IMG/VR virus record: IMGVR_UViG_2044078006_000016
Coordinates: 762-64,761 of that record
Source of the DNA: a virus
DNA length: 64,000 nt
Direction: 5' to 3' (one strand)
Shown in pieces: positions 55,576 through 64,000 of the stretch. The stretch's first letter is position 1. Every line of letters starts with the position of its first letter. The notes beneath the pieces were generated by a model that did no database searches, had not been told where the DNA came from, and worked only from the letters and a program-made list of their open reading frames with translations. The position numbers and the translations under genes were made by a program.

Positions 55576-56526
55576 ATGCCAACTCACAACATCGTCAGCA
55601 TGAGCGGCGGTAAAGACAGCACGGCTACGCTGCTGGTCGCCCGCGAGCTGGAGGTGCCGAACCTCAGCGCTGTAGTGGCTGACACCGGGCATGAGCATCC
55701 AGAGACGTACGACTACATCCACTATCTGGCTGAAGCCACTGGTGTTCCCATCCGGTGGGTGAAGGCAGACTTCTCCAAGCAGATCGCCGGCAAGCGCAAA
55801 TTCATCGAAACGAAATGGCGCGAAAAGGGTGTTGCGGAATCCGTGGTGCTGGGTGCCCTGGAAGTCCTTCACCCGACTGGCAACCCGTTCCTGGACCTGT
55901 GCCTGTGGAAAGGTCGATTCCCCAGCACCAAGGCACGCTTCTGCACCGACGAGCTCAAGCGCAATCCAATCATCGAGCAGGTTTACCTGCCGCTCATGGA
56001 CGGCGAGAACATGCTGCTTTCCTGGCAAGGCGTTCGGGCCGATGAGTCGCCGGCACGCCGGCACTTACCAGAGTGCGATGAGGTTGGAGGCGGCCTGTTC
56101 AACTACCGGCCCATCTTAAAGTGGACGGTTGATTCAGTCTTCGAGGCTCACCGGGTAGCCGGCATCAAGCCGAACCCGCTGTACTTGCAAGGCTGCAATC
56201 GCGTTGGCTGCATGCCCTGTATCATGTGTGCGAAAGACGAGCTCCGGCAGATCGCCGCCAGGTGGCCAGAGGAAGTTGACCGAGTGCGCGAATGGGAGCG
56301 ACTGGTGAGCATCGCCAGCAAGCGCGGAGCGGCTACGTTCTTCGCCACCGTCACCGACCCCACCGTGCGCTCAGATGACAAGGTGAGCGCCGTCACGCAT
56401 GGAATTGACAGGATCGTCGACTGGAGCAACACAGCGCGCGGCGGCCGCCAGTTCGACATGGTCGACCTCATCGCGCGCACCGACAGCCGGAAAAGCTGCT
56501 CATCCGCTTACGGGCTTTGCGAGTAA
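55576..56526 (+). CDS. PAPS-reductase-family (DndC-like PP-loop) protein
   Basis: SMSGGKDS PP-loop, DTG.EHPET, RFCT..LK, GVRA.ES..R, RVGC.PC..C cluster. Confidence 0.9.
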   Translation: MPTHNIVSMSGGKDSTATLLVARELEVPNLSAVVADTGHEHPETYDYIHYLAEATGVPIRWVKADFSKQIAGKRKFIETKWREKGVAESVVLGALEVLHPTGNPFLDLCLWKGRFPSTKARFCTDELKRNPIIEQVYLPLMDGENMLLSWQGVRADESPARRHLPECDEVGGGLFNYRPILKWTVDSVFEAHRVAGIKPNPLYLQGCNRVGCMPCIMCAKDELRQIAARWPEEVDRVREWERLVSIASKRGAATFFATVTDPTVRSDDKVSAVTHGIDRIVDWSNTARGGRQFDMVDLIARTDSRKSCSSAYGLCE

Positions 56527-56564
56527 GCCCGCTTCAAAGTCACTCCCGCTCGCGAGGATAAACC

Positions 56565-56669
56565 ATGCCCGATATCACCTACTGCTCTGTTTGCTCCGGC
56601 ATCGAAGCCGCGACATAGGCCTGGCACCCGCTGGGCATACGCGCCGCCTGGTTCGCCGAGATTGAGCCA
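56565..56669 (+). pseudogene. 5' fragment of a second C5 cytosine methyltransferase (CSGIEAA type) with nonsense codon
   Basis: GAGGA SD + ATG 56565: MPDITYCSVCSGIEAAT*AWHPLGIRAAWFAEIEP (SAM-binding motif I); TAG at 56616-18; homology stops just before the nuclease gene. Confidence 0.85.
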
Positions 56670-56749
56670 GCATTTCGCTATTGCGTCATCCGCCTGGGCG
56701 AGCGAGCATTGACTATCTGATTAATGCAGCTGCCCACAAGGACGTTTCT

Positions 56750-57850
56750 TTGAAAATCCCCGCGGTAAAAAAAGCAAAGCTGGACCAAGCTCTAAAACAG
56801 TTCGATGAAAAATTTCGCCACGCCCCCGAATGGAAGGGCTGGACTGAAAACCAAGCGCATCGCTACGCAATCAGCGCGAACAGCACTTTATACCCTGCAA
56901 AAAAAATAGTTTCTTTGGCCACTGGAACGCCGGTAGGACTGTTTTCAGGTGGTCAGCCCACAAACGGATATTTGAAGCGGCACGGATACACAATCGTTGA
57001 ACTGCAACGGTCAACTGATCCAGAGCTGCGCTTTGTGGCGGGTCAGGTTTATGACCGGCAAACTGAGATTCACGATTTGTTCGGAGGCAGTCGCCAGAGT
57101 GGAATTGCCCCCTCAGCGCAGGCCCCAGCGGTATTCATTTTCACCGGCGACTCAGGTGGTCAGTACGGATACACCGACTCTCATAGCGAGGAGCAGGTTT
57201 TCAGCTACACAGGCGAAGGCCAGCTCGGTGATATGACTCTGACTAAAGGAAACCTGGCAATTCTCGAGCACTCGAAGCAGGGGAAAGCACTGCATGTTTT
57301 CGAGATCCTCGGCAAAAGTTTAGGCCAGAAGTACCTCGGCGAATACACGTGTGCGAGCCATGAATGGCGCCGCGGCCCTGACAAGCTAGGCAACGACAGG
57401 GCAATAGTTGTGTTCAACCTAGTCCCTGTAGGGCTCGAGCTCGACCCCCCTACGTTCTCAGGAGAAGACGAAGCCCCAGATCCAACTATATCACTTGCCG
57501 AGGCGAGAAAGCGCGCTCTTGCGGCTGCGGAAGCAGGATCTGCTGGAGAGAGCGGATCGGCACGCAGAAGCGTATATCGTCGCAGCAGAACTATCTCTAC
57601 TTACGTTTTAAGAAGGGCTGCCGGGAATTGCGAGAGCTGTGAGAGGCCGGCCCCTTTCATTAAAACAAACGGGTCGCCATATCTAGAGCCGCACCACGTC
57701 AATCGACTATCAGATGGTGGCCTAGATCATCCACGTTACATAGGCGCTATCTGCCCGGCCTGCCACCGCGAAATCCATCACGGATTGAACGGAAAGGTTA
57801 AGAACGAAGCGTTGAAAACATACGTCGCCAGCATCGAGCCGAAGTCTTAA
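56750..57850 (+). CDS. ScoMcrA-like type IV (modification-dependent) restriction endonuclease: head + SRA + HNH
   Basis: SRA-like GGSRQSGIAPS...VF.FT...G.QYGY.D...F.YTGEGQ.GDM....GN.AI; McrA-type HNH CESC...YLEPHH...GG.D......CP.CHREIH; AAGGA SD + TTG 56750. Confidence 0.82.
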   Translation: MKIPAVKKAKLDQALKQFDEKFRHAPEWKGWTENQAHRYAISANSTLYPAKKIVSLATGTPVGLFSGGQPTNGYLKRHGYTIVELQRSTDPELRFVAGQVYDRQTEIHDLFGGSRQSGIAPSAQAPAVFIFTGDSGGQYGYTDSHSEEQVFSYTGEGQLGDMTLTKGNLAILEHSKQGKALHVFEILGKSLGQKYLGEYTCASHEWRRGPDKLGNDRAIVVFNLVPVGLELDPPTFSGEDEAPDPTISLAEARKRALAAAEAGSAGESGSARRSVYRRSRTISTYVLRRAAGNCESCERPAPFIKTNGSPYLEPHHVNRLSDGGLDHPRYIGAICPACHREIHHGLNGKVKNEALKTYVASIEPKS

Positions 57851-57889
57851 CGGCTTCCGAATCAACAGGGCGCCGCCTGGAACTCCAGA

Positions 57890-58178
57890 GTGGCACCATG
57901 ACAATCCCTGACCGATGGCCCTGGTCACCGTGATGGTGAAAGGCACGCCCTACCTTATCGTCGACATCTGCCTGCGGATGCTGAAGCCGGCCGAGCTGTA
58001 CAAGGCCCAGGGATTCCCCGCCGACTACATCATCAGCCACGGCGCCGACGGCAAGCCGTTCACGAAGACCCAACAGGTGCAGGTGTGCGGCAAGAGTGTC
58101 AGCCCGCCGCCGATGCCGGCGCTGGCGCGGGCCAAGGACCCATGGCGCGCCGAACAACGCCAAGCACATGCGGCTTGA
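57890..58178 (+). pseudogene. 3' fragment of a C5 cytosine methyltransferase
   Basis: IVDICLRML.P.ELYKAQGFP.DYII...TKTQQV..CG.SVSPP (motifs IX-X; the usual GNSV is GKSV); no SAM or catalytic motifs upstream. Confidence 0.85.
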
Positions 58179-58181
58179 GGA

Positions 58182-58298
58182 TCAGCAAGCGCCAGGCGGT
58201 ATGCCGTCTTTGTTGAAGTCCTTCAGGCGTTCCCGCTCTTCCTCGGTGGAATGCGCCGGAGTTTCTTGCTCGGGCTCTTTCTTCTTTTCTTCAGTCAT
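58182..58298 (-). CDS. 38-aa acidic peptide (MTEEKKKEPEQE...DGIPPGAC)
   Basis: GAGGA SD; below the ORF-track length cut-off. Confidence 0.45.
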   Translation of the reverse strand: MTEEKKKEPEQETPAHSTEEERERLKDFNKDGIPPGAC

Positions 58299-58434
58299 CG
58301 CTATGTCCTCTGGGTGGTAGCTGTTCGGCACCTGGTGGAATCAGCAGTTCAAATCAATCAACTCCACCGCCCGGGCATGGCCCGGGAAGGACTCCCCATT
58401 CCAACTTTCTGCTCGCACCGGCCATATGCCACTC

Positions 58435-59412
58435 TTACTCTAGGCATGGGTTTGACCTGTATCCATCCTTAAACCCGCCACTCAGGCTTACCCTCTGTGG
58501 CTTTGCATCTCCCCCAATAAGCATCCCTGATCGTATACACGTAGATGCGAAGATAATTTCGGATTTATGCACCTGACCATCGACATCAACTGCAGTAATA
58601 TTTGCAATTAAGTACGCCGCCAGAGGCTGTGGAATAGCCGGAGATATGTCGATAACCGAAGTAATCGTGTCGAGCACCCTCATCTCGCCTTTGGCAAGTA
58701 AAAATGGAGGACCTTGTACTAATCCACGGGAGTCTGCTGGGTAGCTTTTACCTGGATCGTCCCCAAAGGAAATAGAAATTTGAACTTGCGATATTAAATA
58801 TGGCAGATTTCCACCGTTGGAAAAGACGAACTTTGCCGATACTGCCTTCCCGCCGTCTTCGGTCATATCACTCTCAACGAGTCTAAATAGCAATGAGTCC
58901 TTTGTTTCGACCGTGGAAAAATATGTAAGAACAGAGACAGCAAGTGCAACTATGCCAATCAAAGTACCACTGAGACCTGTCAGGGCTGTAAACCAAGCAG
59001 TTACCGTTTCTCTACGATGTCTCTTAGACTCACGAATTATTGCGATTGCCGCGTGTTCACCGGCTCTGGACAGACACAATTCACTCTGCTGAGTTATTCC
59101 ACTTTCTACTTCTTCCCATAACTCTTTATCAGACGGATCAGGCATAGGCATAGATAGCTCTTCAACTAATCTCCTGTAATTTTCAGTAATCAACAACCTC
59201 CGATCTTGATTAAGATCTGACATCTCGCAGTAGTAATTGTAATGGAGACCGTGGTCATGAGCCTCTTGAGTGTTTGGAGGCCTACCGGCCCGGATCTTTG
59301 CCTCAAGCTCATCAAGCGCCCTTAGCTGCGCCTTGAAAATCCTAGAGGCTGGCAACAACGCCTTTAATTGTTTACGAAACACCAGATAAGTCCATTTGTG
59401 GTTTTTTTGCAC
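58435..59412 (-). CDS. Single-pass membrane protein, AT-rich moron
   Basis: Helical N-domain, TM WFTALTGLSGTLIGIVALAVSVLTYF, beta-rich C-domain. Confidence 0.7.
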   Translation of the reverse strand: MQKNHKWTYLVFRKQLKALLPASRIFKAQLRALDELEAKIRAGRPPNTQEAHDHGLHYNYYCEMSDLNQDRRLLITENYRRLVEELSMPMPDPSDKELWEEVESGITQQSELCLSRAGEHAAIAIIRESKRHRRETVTAWFTALTGLSGTLIGIVALAVSVLTYFSTVETKDSLLFRLVESDMTEDGGKAVSAKFVFSNGGNLPYLISQVQISISFGDDPGKSYPADSRGLVQGPPFLLAKGEMRVLDTITSVIDISPAIPQPLAAYLIANITAVDVDGQVHKSEIIFASTCIRSGMLIGGDAKPQRVSLSGGFKDGYRSNPCLE

Positions 59413-59432
59413 TATAACCGTGAGATATCTCT

Positions 59433-59864
59433 ATGCCTACAGAAAACAAACTCACCCTAAAGCAGCAACGCACCGATCAGGTGAACCAGGTGATCCAGAT
59501 CATCGGCGCCCACGGCCGGCGCTTTTTCTTCAACCAGGTCGCAGATCGCTACGCCAGAATGGAAGTGGATCAGCGCGGCAAGGTCTGGTTCATCGACGAC
59601 TAGAGCACGCGGCGGATCTTCACGCACAAAACAACCTGGGGTGGCCGGTGGCGAGGCTTCAGCCACGGAGGCACGCTTCGGTCGCTCGTTGAAGGTTTCT
59701 GGGATTACATCCGCACTGGTGAGCCCCAGCACCCTGGCTATCTCGGCCCTGAGCGATTCGGCGACAGCAACATCTGGGGTTATGACGAAGAGGGTATGCG
59801 GTCAGTCCGTGAACAGGCCGGCGCGCTTCCAGTGTTCCGCCTACCAGCCTCGGGGGCCGCATAA
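59433..59864 (+). pseudogene. Early-left hypothetical with in-frame TAG at 59601-59603
   Basis: MPTENK...WFIDD*STRRIFTH...GFSHGGTLR...WGY; the frame is otherwise open for 143 codons. Confidence 0.7.
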
Positions 59865-59904
59865 GCGCTCTACCTAAGGGGGACCATGACCGGGATGGCC
59901 AGAG

Positions 59905-60348
59905 TTAATGTCCACGGACTGTTGGGGTGATTTTGCGGACGCCTTCGCACCGAGGATAAGACGTGCAGCCCATGAACTTGGTGCCCCGGCACCTGCCTAC
60001 TTTAGCAATTCGAACTGTCATGGGGCTGCCACAGAGTAGGCATAGGCCGAGCGCATCCCACTCAGGCTTGGGTGGTTTTAATCGTTCGACTTCTGCAAGC
60101 CTTGCTTCCTCCAAGGCTTTGTGATGGGCTGTTCGCCGAGCGGTATTCCAAGATGCCAATTTAACGAGGCCGAAAATTACACCGCCGATTCCCAAGAACC
60201 ATAGAAAGCCGGTGCTGCTTACTCCTCTTCCGCCGCGTCCACCTCCGCGAGAACTACGCCCCCCTCTACCGCCGCGAGCTTGAACCTGCCCACTGAGGAT
60301 CAAAAGTGAGCCCAGCAGCAAGATACGCCTAGAAAATTTGCTTCCCAT
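59905..60348 (-). CDS. Signal peptide/TM protein with Gly-Arg tract and C-terminal topoisomerase-type C4 Zn ribbon
   Basis: CLLCGSPM..R....G...G.KFMGCTSYPRC. Confidence 0.75.
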   Translation of the reverse strand: MGSKFSRRILLLGSLLILSGQVQARGGRGGRSSRGGGRGGRGVSSTGFLWFLGIGGVIFGLVKLASWNTARRTAHHKALEEARLAEVERLKPPKPEWDALGLCLLCGSPMTVRIAKVGRCRGTKFMGCTSYPRCEGVRKITPTVRGH

Positions 60349-60467
60349 TTGTTCGGTCCCTGATCGCTTGGAGCCCAAACCTTAGCAATTATCAGCCTTG
60401 ACCGGCATTGAAAGTTTTAACCCCTCCCCCTTCAAATTCAGCAGCTAAATGTCCCCTAGCGATAAAA

Positions 60468-60674
60468 TCAGCCTTGATCACTTGGATTAGCGTCTGACGA
60501 ATTGAGAAATGAGTTCCACGCCTCAAATGCGTGGTGATGGCGAAGCGTAGCAGCGCCCCATTCAACGCCGACCACTTCCTTTGCGGAAACCATCATCATC
60601 ATTTTGCTGGTGGCCGCATCGAGTTCGATCAAGAGCTGGTGAGATTTGAATCTGAAGTCATCTAGACCGCTCAT
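60468..60674 (-). CDS. Small hypothetical
   Basis: 68 aa from MSGLDDF. Confidence 0.55.
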   Translation of the reverse strand: MSGLDDFRFKSHQLLIELDAATSKMMMMVSAKEVVGVEWGAATLRHHHAFEAWNSFLNSSDANPSDQG

Positions 60675-60770
60675 GGATTCGCCTTGCGACAGGCCTAGCC
60701 GGAAACTCCGTGTCGTACCCATCAAACGGATGACAAAGCGTGATGGTAATCGTTCCTCGCAATCGACGGT

Positions 60771-61103
60771 CTACTGCTTCGCTTGTTTGGAACCAGCTCT
60801 AGGAAGCTTCTCTGGGTTGCGGCTCGAAACTGATCGAAGAGCGCCTGGGGCTTTTCGGCGCGCTTGATCAAGCCCCCTCGCCAGAGCCGCTGTCATAGAT
60901 TCTCCTGGTGCTGACTCTGGAGCTTCTTCAAAAAGCATCCTTTCATCCGGCCCGTAAACACCTATAAACAATTCGGTTCTGCCGAGCAGTGACATTCGCA
61001 CTTGGACATTCAGCAATGTGCCATCTGTCTGCCGTTCATCCACGGATCGAGTGTGAATCGCGGGGTCCGCCCAATTCCAGAAAACCTTGCCTCTGTTTCT
61101 CAT
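60771..61103 (-). CDS. Small hypothetical (VFW.WADP...QVR.S..G.T.LFIGVY)
   Basis: 110 aa; resembles a Pseudomonas accessory family I recall. Confidence 0.6.
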   Translation of the reverse strand: MRNRGKVFWNWADPAIHTRSVDERQTDGTLLNVQVRMSLLGRTELFIGVYGPDERMLFEEAPESAPGESMTAALARGLDQARRKAPGALRSVSSRNPEKLPRAGSKQAKQ

Positions 61104-61234
61104 CTGCGTCGCCCTGATGTTAAGGCGGCGATTATGCGACCGAGGCGAATCTCAGCGATATACCCATTCAAAAAGATTTTTTAATCACTCCCAATCTATC
61201 GAAAGTCAGCCGCTATAGCGGCAAGGACGAAGTC

Positions 61235-62083
61235 ATGCCTGAAATAAAGGAACGCCCCATCTTGTTCTCGGCGCCGATGGTGCGCGCCATCCTGGAAGGC
61301 CGGAAGACAGTCACGCGGCGGGCACTCAATGCGCAAGCGCTGAAAAACATCGGCTACGGCGTTCAGCTCGGCGAGTGCCACGAACTGCCAAGCGAAGGCC
61401 CGTTGCACCCGAACAGCACCGGGTACTACACCAGTTTCTGCTCCTACGGGTTTCCCGGCGACCGCCTGTGGGTGCGCGAGACCTGGGCGGCGGACGCACA
61501 GGTTGATGCGGTAGCGCCGCGAGACCTGAGCCAAGGTGAACCGATCACTTACCCAGCAGATGGGGCCGTCAGGCAAACCGGATGCGCGATGATCACGCCA
61601 GGGAAAAGCCGCCCGTCCATCCACATGCCACGCTGGGCCAGCCGCATCCTGCTGGAGATCACCGACGTGCGCGCCGAGCGGCTGCAGGACATCAGCGAAG
61701 AGCAGGCCGTTGCCGAGGGTTTGATATGGCAGGGCCAGGAAAACGGCAAGGTGTTTTATTCCCATGCTGAAAGCAAGTACCCGCCTGGCGCTCATCAGCA
61801 GTTCGGGATTTCTGGAGTTGATGCCGTATCCGCGTTCCGCAACCTCTGGAACTCCGTCGGCGGCGACTGGGACGCCAACCCGTGGGTCTGGGCAGTCGAG
61901 TTCAAGCGGGTGACACCAAGATCGCCGCCCTCTGGTTCGCCTACGTCTTCATCTACAAGGGGCCGAGGCCATGAAACGCGCGCCGCGATTGTCGCCCGCG
62001 CAATTGAAAGTGCTCGGTGTCGCAGTGAGCAGTCTTCCGAATTTCTACAAATCGTCGCACACGCGCACTACCGGAAAGCTTGA
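61235..62083 (+). CDS. ASCH-like phage protein with read-through C-terminal extension
   Basis: KERPILFSAPMVRAIL.GRKTVTRR...PSIHMPRWASRILLEIT.VR.ERLQDIS...NPWVW.VEF; natural end expected at 61921. Confidence 0.8.
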   Translation: MPEIKERPILFSAPMVRAILEGRKTVTRRALNAQALKNIGYGVQLGECHELPSEGPLHPNSTGYYTSFCSYGFPGDRLWVRETWAADAQVDAVAPRDLSQGEPITYPADGAVRQTGCAMITPGKSRPSIHMPRWASRILLEITDVRAERLQDISEEQAVAEGLIWQGQENGKVFYSHAESKYPPGAHQQFGISGVDAVSAFRNLWNSVGGDWDANPWVWAVEFKRVTPRSPPSGSPTSSSTRGRGHETRAAIVARAIESARCRSEQSSEFLQIVAHAHYRKA

Positions 62084-62198
62084 AGACCTTGGCTTGCTGA
62101 AATGGTGCGGATCGGCTGGAACATCGGCATATGGATCTCTTTTCCAAGCGACCGAGCAAGGGAAAGCTGTATGGGCGGCTCAGACCACATCGCCCTAA
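61971..62198 (+). CDS. Small hypothetical, winged-helix-like
   Basis: LSPAQLKVL...T.GKLEDLGLL...TEQG.A. Confidence 0.55.
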   Translation: MKRAPRLSPAQLKVLGVAVSSLPNFYKSSHTRTTGKLEDLGLLKWCGSAGTSAYGSLFQATEQGKAVWAAQTTSP

Positions 62199-62212
62199 CC
62201 CAAACCCCCTAC

Positions 62213-62452
62213 ATGCCTGCCGGTGAGCGGCGGGCGAGGTATGCACGCATGTTTATTTGCGCAGAAACGAAGATCGGGAAGTGCAAATCGCTCGGCGACC
62301 AAGTGCGAGTGTGCGCGCTTCGTCGTGGCGGCGGTTGGAGGCAGGCCCGCGAGGACTTGGCGAAACAGGCGGAACGGTGGTTTGGGCATGAGCCGGTGAC
62401 CACCAAGCAAGACTGGCAAGCCATTCGCGCCGAAGTCTTCCGAACCGACTAA
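62213..62452 (+). CDS. Small hypothetical
   Basis: Internal ATG of track ORF 62102..62452. Confidence 0.4.
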   Translation: MPAGERRARYARMFICAETKIGKCKSLGDQVRVCALRRGGGWRQAREDLAKQAERWFGHEPVTTKQDWQAIRAEVFRTD

Positions 62453-62641
62453 CCCACCTTCTACCGCCCAGCGCGGCGCACTACAGCTTTGAATAAGAGC
62501 TCGCTCAAGCCAGATGCAAGTCCCCCGGTAAGGCTGCAGTTTGTAAACACTGGTTGAGCGAACAACCAAAAAAGTAGCACGACGCACCCACTCCGCCATA
62601 TAAAAATTTTACTAAGCCGCCCAGCGCGGCAAGGACACTAC

Positions 62642-62863
62642 ATGTTCGCATTCAAACTCACCCTGATCCTGCTGGGCGCTTTGCTGTACCTGGTCGGCAG
62701 CGGCTGCTGGCTCTTCTGGATCGGCCCATGCCTTCTGGAGGACGGTGAAAAGGCCGACATCCTCTACGCCTTCGCCGGCACCTGCGCCTGGCTGCTGATC
62801 ACCTTCGGTTTCATCGTTCACATCATCAAGACGGTGCGGCCCACTGCGGCCGGCGGGAGGTAG
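62642..62863 (+). CDS. Small 2-TM membrane protein
   Basis: AAGGA SD; two hydrophobic segments. Confidence 0.65.
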   Translation: MFAFKLTLILLGALLYLVGSGCWLFWIGPCLLEDGEKADILYAFAGTCAWLLITFGFIVHIIKTVRPTAAGGR

Positions 62864-62865
62864 AT

Positions 62866-63210
62866 ATGTCAGCGGCAGAACAACTGAACGATGGCGTCAC
62901 CGGTGACAAGGTTCCCGAGGCGCAAATGGCCGAAATCCTCGGCACCACTATTGCGGCGCTGCGCTCAAAGCGAGCCAGGAACCAGATACCTCTTGGCGTC
63001 TGGAATAAGCATGGCAGCAGAATCATCTACAGCATCAGGAGATATTACGAATGGCTCGAAAGTCAGTGGGTCTGCCCGCAGGAATGGACCTCCACCACGG
63101 ATCGATCCGCATCCGATTTATGTGGAACGGCAGCCGGCGCAGTGAAACGCTCCCCTATCCCGCGACACAGAAAGGAATCAAATCAGCCTCACAGGTTGTT
63201 GATCAGGTAA
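62866..63210 (+). CDS. xis: Excisionase / directionality factor
   Basis: E..MAEILGTT..AL..KR.R..IP.GVW.K winged helix, overlapping the integrase start. Confidence 0.7.
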   Translation: MSAAEQLNDGVTGDKVPEAQMAEILGTTIAALRSKRARNQIPLGVWNKHGSRIIYSIRRYYEWLESQWVCPQEWTSTTDRSASDLCGTAAGAVKRSPIPRHRKESNQPHRLLIR

Positions 63211-64000
63211 AGGGGCTGATCAAGCTGGGGTTGCTCGACGACGACAAGTACGCCGAGCTATTCCCCAGTTCCAGCAACGTCGCCGGCGGGAAGATCAACT
63301 TCGGCGAGTACGCTCAGCTCTGGCTGGATAGCCGCGAGGTAGTGGCCGGCACGAAGGGGAATTACAAGGGAGCGCTAAACAGGTACTGGATGCCTGGGCT
63401 GGCCCTGGTGCGGATCGACCTGATCACCACCACGCTGCTCCGCCGGGTTATGGCTTCCAGGGAGTGGAAGTCGCCAGGGGTGAAGCGCAACGCGATCTCG
63501 AAGCTGTCGACAATACTGAACTCCGCTGTGTCTGAGGAGTTGATCCCAAAGAACCCGGCGGCGATCCTGGAGCTGCCCAAGCGTATTAAGAAGGAAATCG
63601 ACCCGTTCACCCTAGACGAGGCAAACCAGATCATCGCCAAAATGTACGAGCACAGTCACTGGCCCAGTACGATCTATGCGGCATTTTTTGAGTTTGTTTT
63701 TTTTACGGGGATGCGCCTATCCGAAGCCCTGGCGACGCGCTGGGATGCGGTTGACGAAGAGAAGAGGACGGCCCACGTATGTCGCGGGATCGCCTTGGGG
63801 GAAGTGGTGGAACGCACGAAAACCGGCGGAGACCGATTCGTTTTGTTGAATGACCGGGCCATGCACGCCCTGCAATTTGCCAGGGAGTACGCGGAGCGTC
63901 GGAAAAAAGGCAAAGGGAAAGTGCTGGAAACGCCCTTCATTTTCCCGCCGTCAAAGAACTCGGAGTACGTGAAACAGACATCTGACCTGCACAAGCAGTG
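63051..64000 (+). CDS. int: Tyrosine integrase (5' part; runs off the window)
   Basis: AGGAG SD + ATG 63051; arm-binding IRIRFMWNG.R.SETL...GLL...Y.ELFP, core domain NP, catalytic TGMRLSE and TKT; frame open to 64000. Confidence 0.93.
   Translation, partial: MARKSVGLPAGMDLHHGSIRIRFMWNGSRRSETLPYPATQKGIKSASQVVDQVKGLIKLGLLDDDKYAELFPSSSNVAGGKINFGEYAQLWLDSREVVAGTKGNYKGALNRYWMPGLALVRIDLITTTLLRRVMASREWKSPGVKRNAISKLSTILNSAVSEELIPKNPAAILELPKRIKKEIDPFTLDEANQIIAKMYEHSHWPSTIYAAFFEFVFFTGMRLSEALATRWDAVDEEKRTAHVCRGIALGEVVERTKTGGDRFVLLNDRAMHALQFAREYAERRKKGKGKVLETPFIFPPSKNSEYVKQTSDLHKQ

Larger units (their letters stand above)
967..64000. mobile_element. Lambdoid siphovirus-type prophage; both boundaries uncertain, integrase cut by the right edge
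   Basis: Complete lambdoid gene order: int-xis-early arm-cI/cro-replication-Q-terminase-portal-capsid-tail-lysis. The left limit is a guess set at the SOS-boxed cargo. Confidence 0.95.

Noticed and set aside
55576-56526. Complete Dnd/Ssp phosphorothioation system
   Set aside because: Only the DndC-like gene is present; no cysteine desulfurase, ATPase or DndE/SspB partners in the window.
1-64000. attL/attR core and tRNA/rRNA genes
   Set aside because: The integrase-proximal end is outside the window, so no direct repeat can be paired; no cloverleaf or rRNA-like sequence noticed.

Overview
The window is almost entirely one lambdoid (siphovirus-type) prophage of a Pseudomonas host. The host call rests on gene families I recognise and on promoter style. 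Late genes run on the minus strand: antiterminator, holin-like pair, terminase, portal, head, tail (lambda G/GT, H, M, L, K, I, J), tail fibre, endolysin, Rz/Rz1. The immunity switch (cro/cI) is at 42.2-43.0 kb and replication at 38.9-40.7 kb. The early-left arm runs on the plus strand to xis and a tyrosine integrase that runs off the right edge, so att sites cannot be located. Morphogenesis genes look intact. The early arm is decaying: recT frameshift, IS3 insertion, three broken cytosine methyltransferase fragments, nonsense and read-through alleles. Two cargo themes stand out. (1) A dispersed host-lifestyle set: a sigma28-driven soluble PAS-PAS chemoreceptor (BdlA-like) inside the tail operon, a membrane MCP, a GAF-GGDEF*-EAL c-di-GMP phosphodiesterase, and a CsrA/RsmA paralogue with Ala at the essential Arg44 position. 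(2) A DNA-modification/defence block: an intact ScoMcrA-like SRA-HNH modification-dependent nuclease sits exactly where the phage C5-methyltransferases have been destroyed, next to a PAPS-reductase-family gene and a HEPN (DUF4145) gene. Family assignments are from motif recognition by eye, not database searches.
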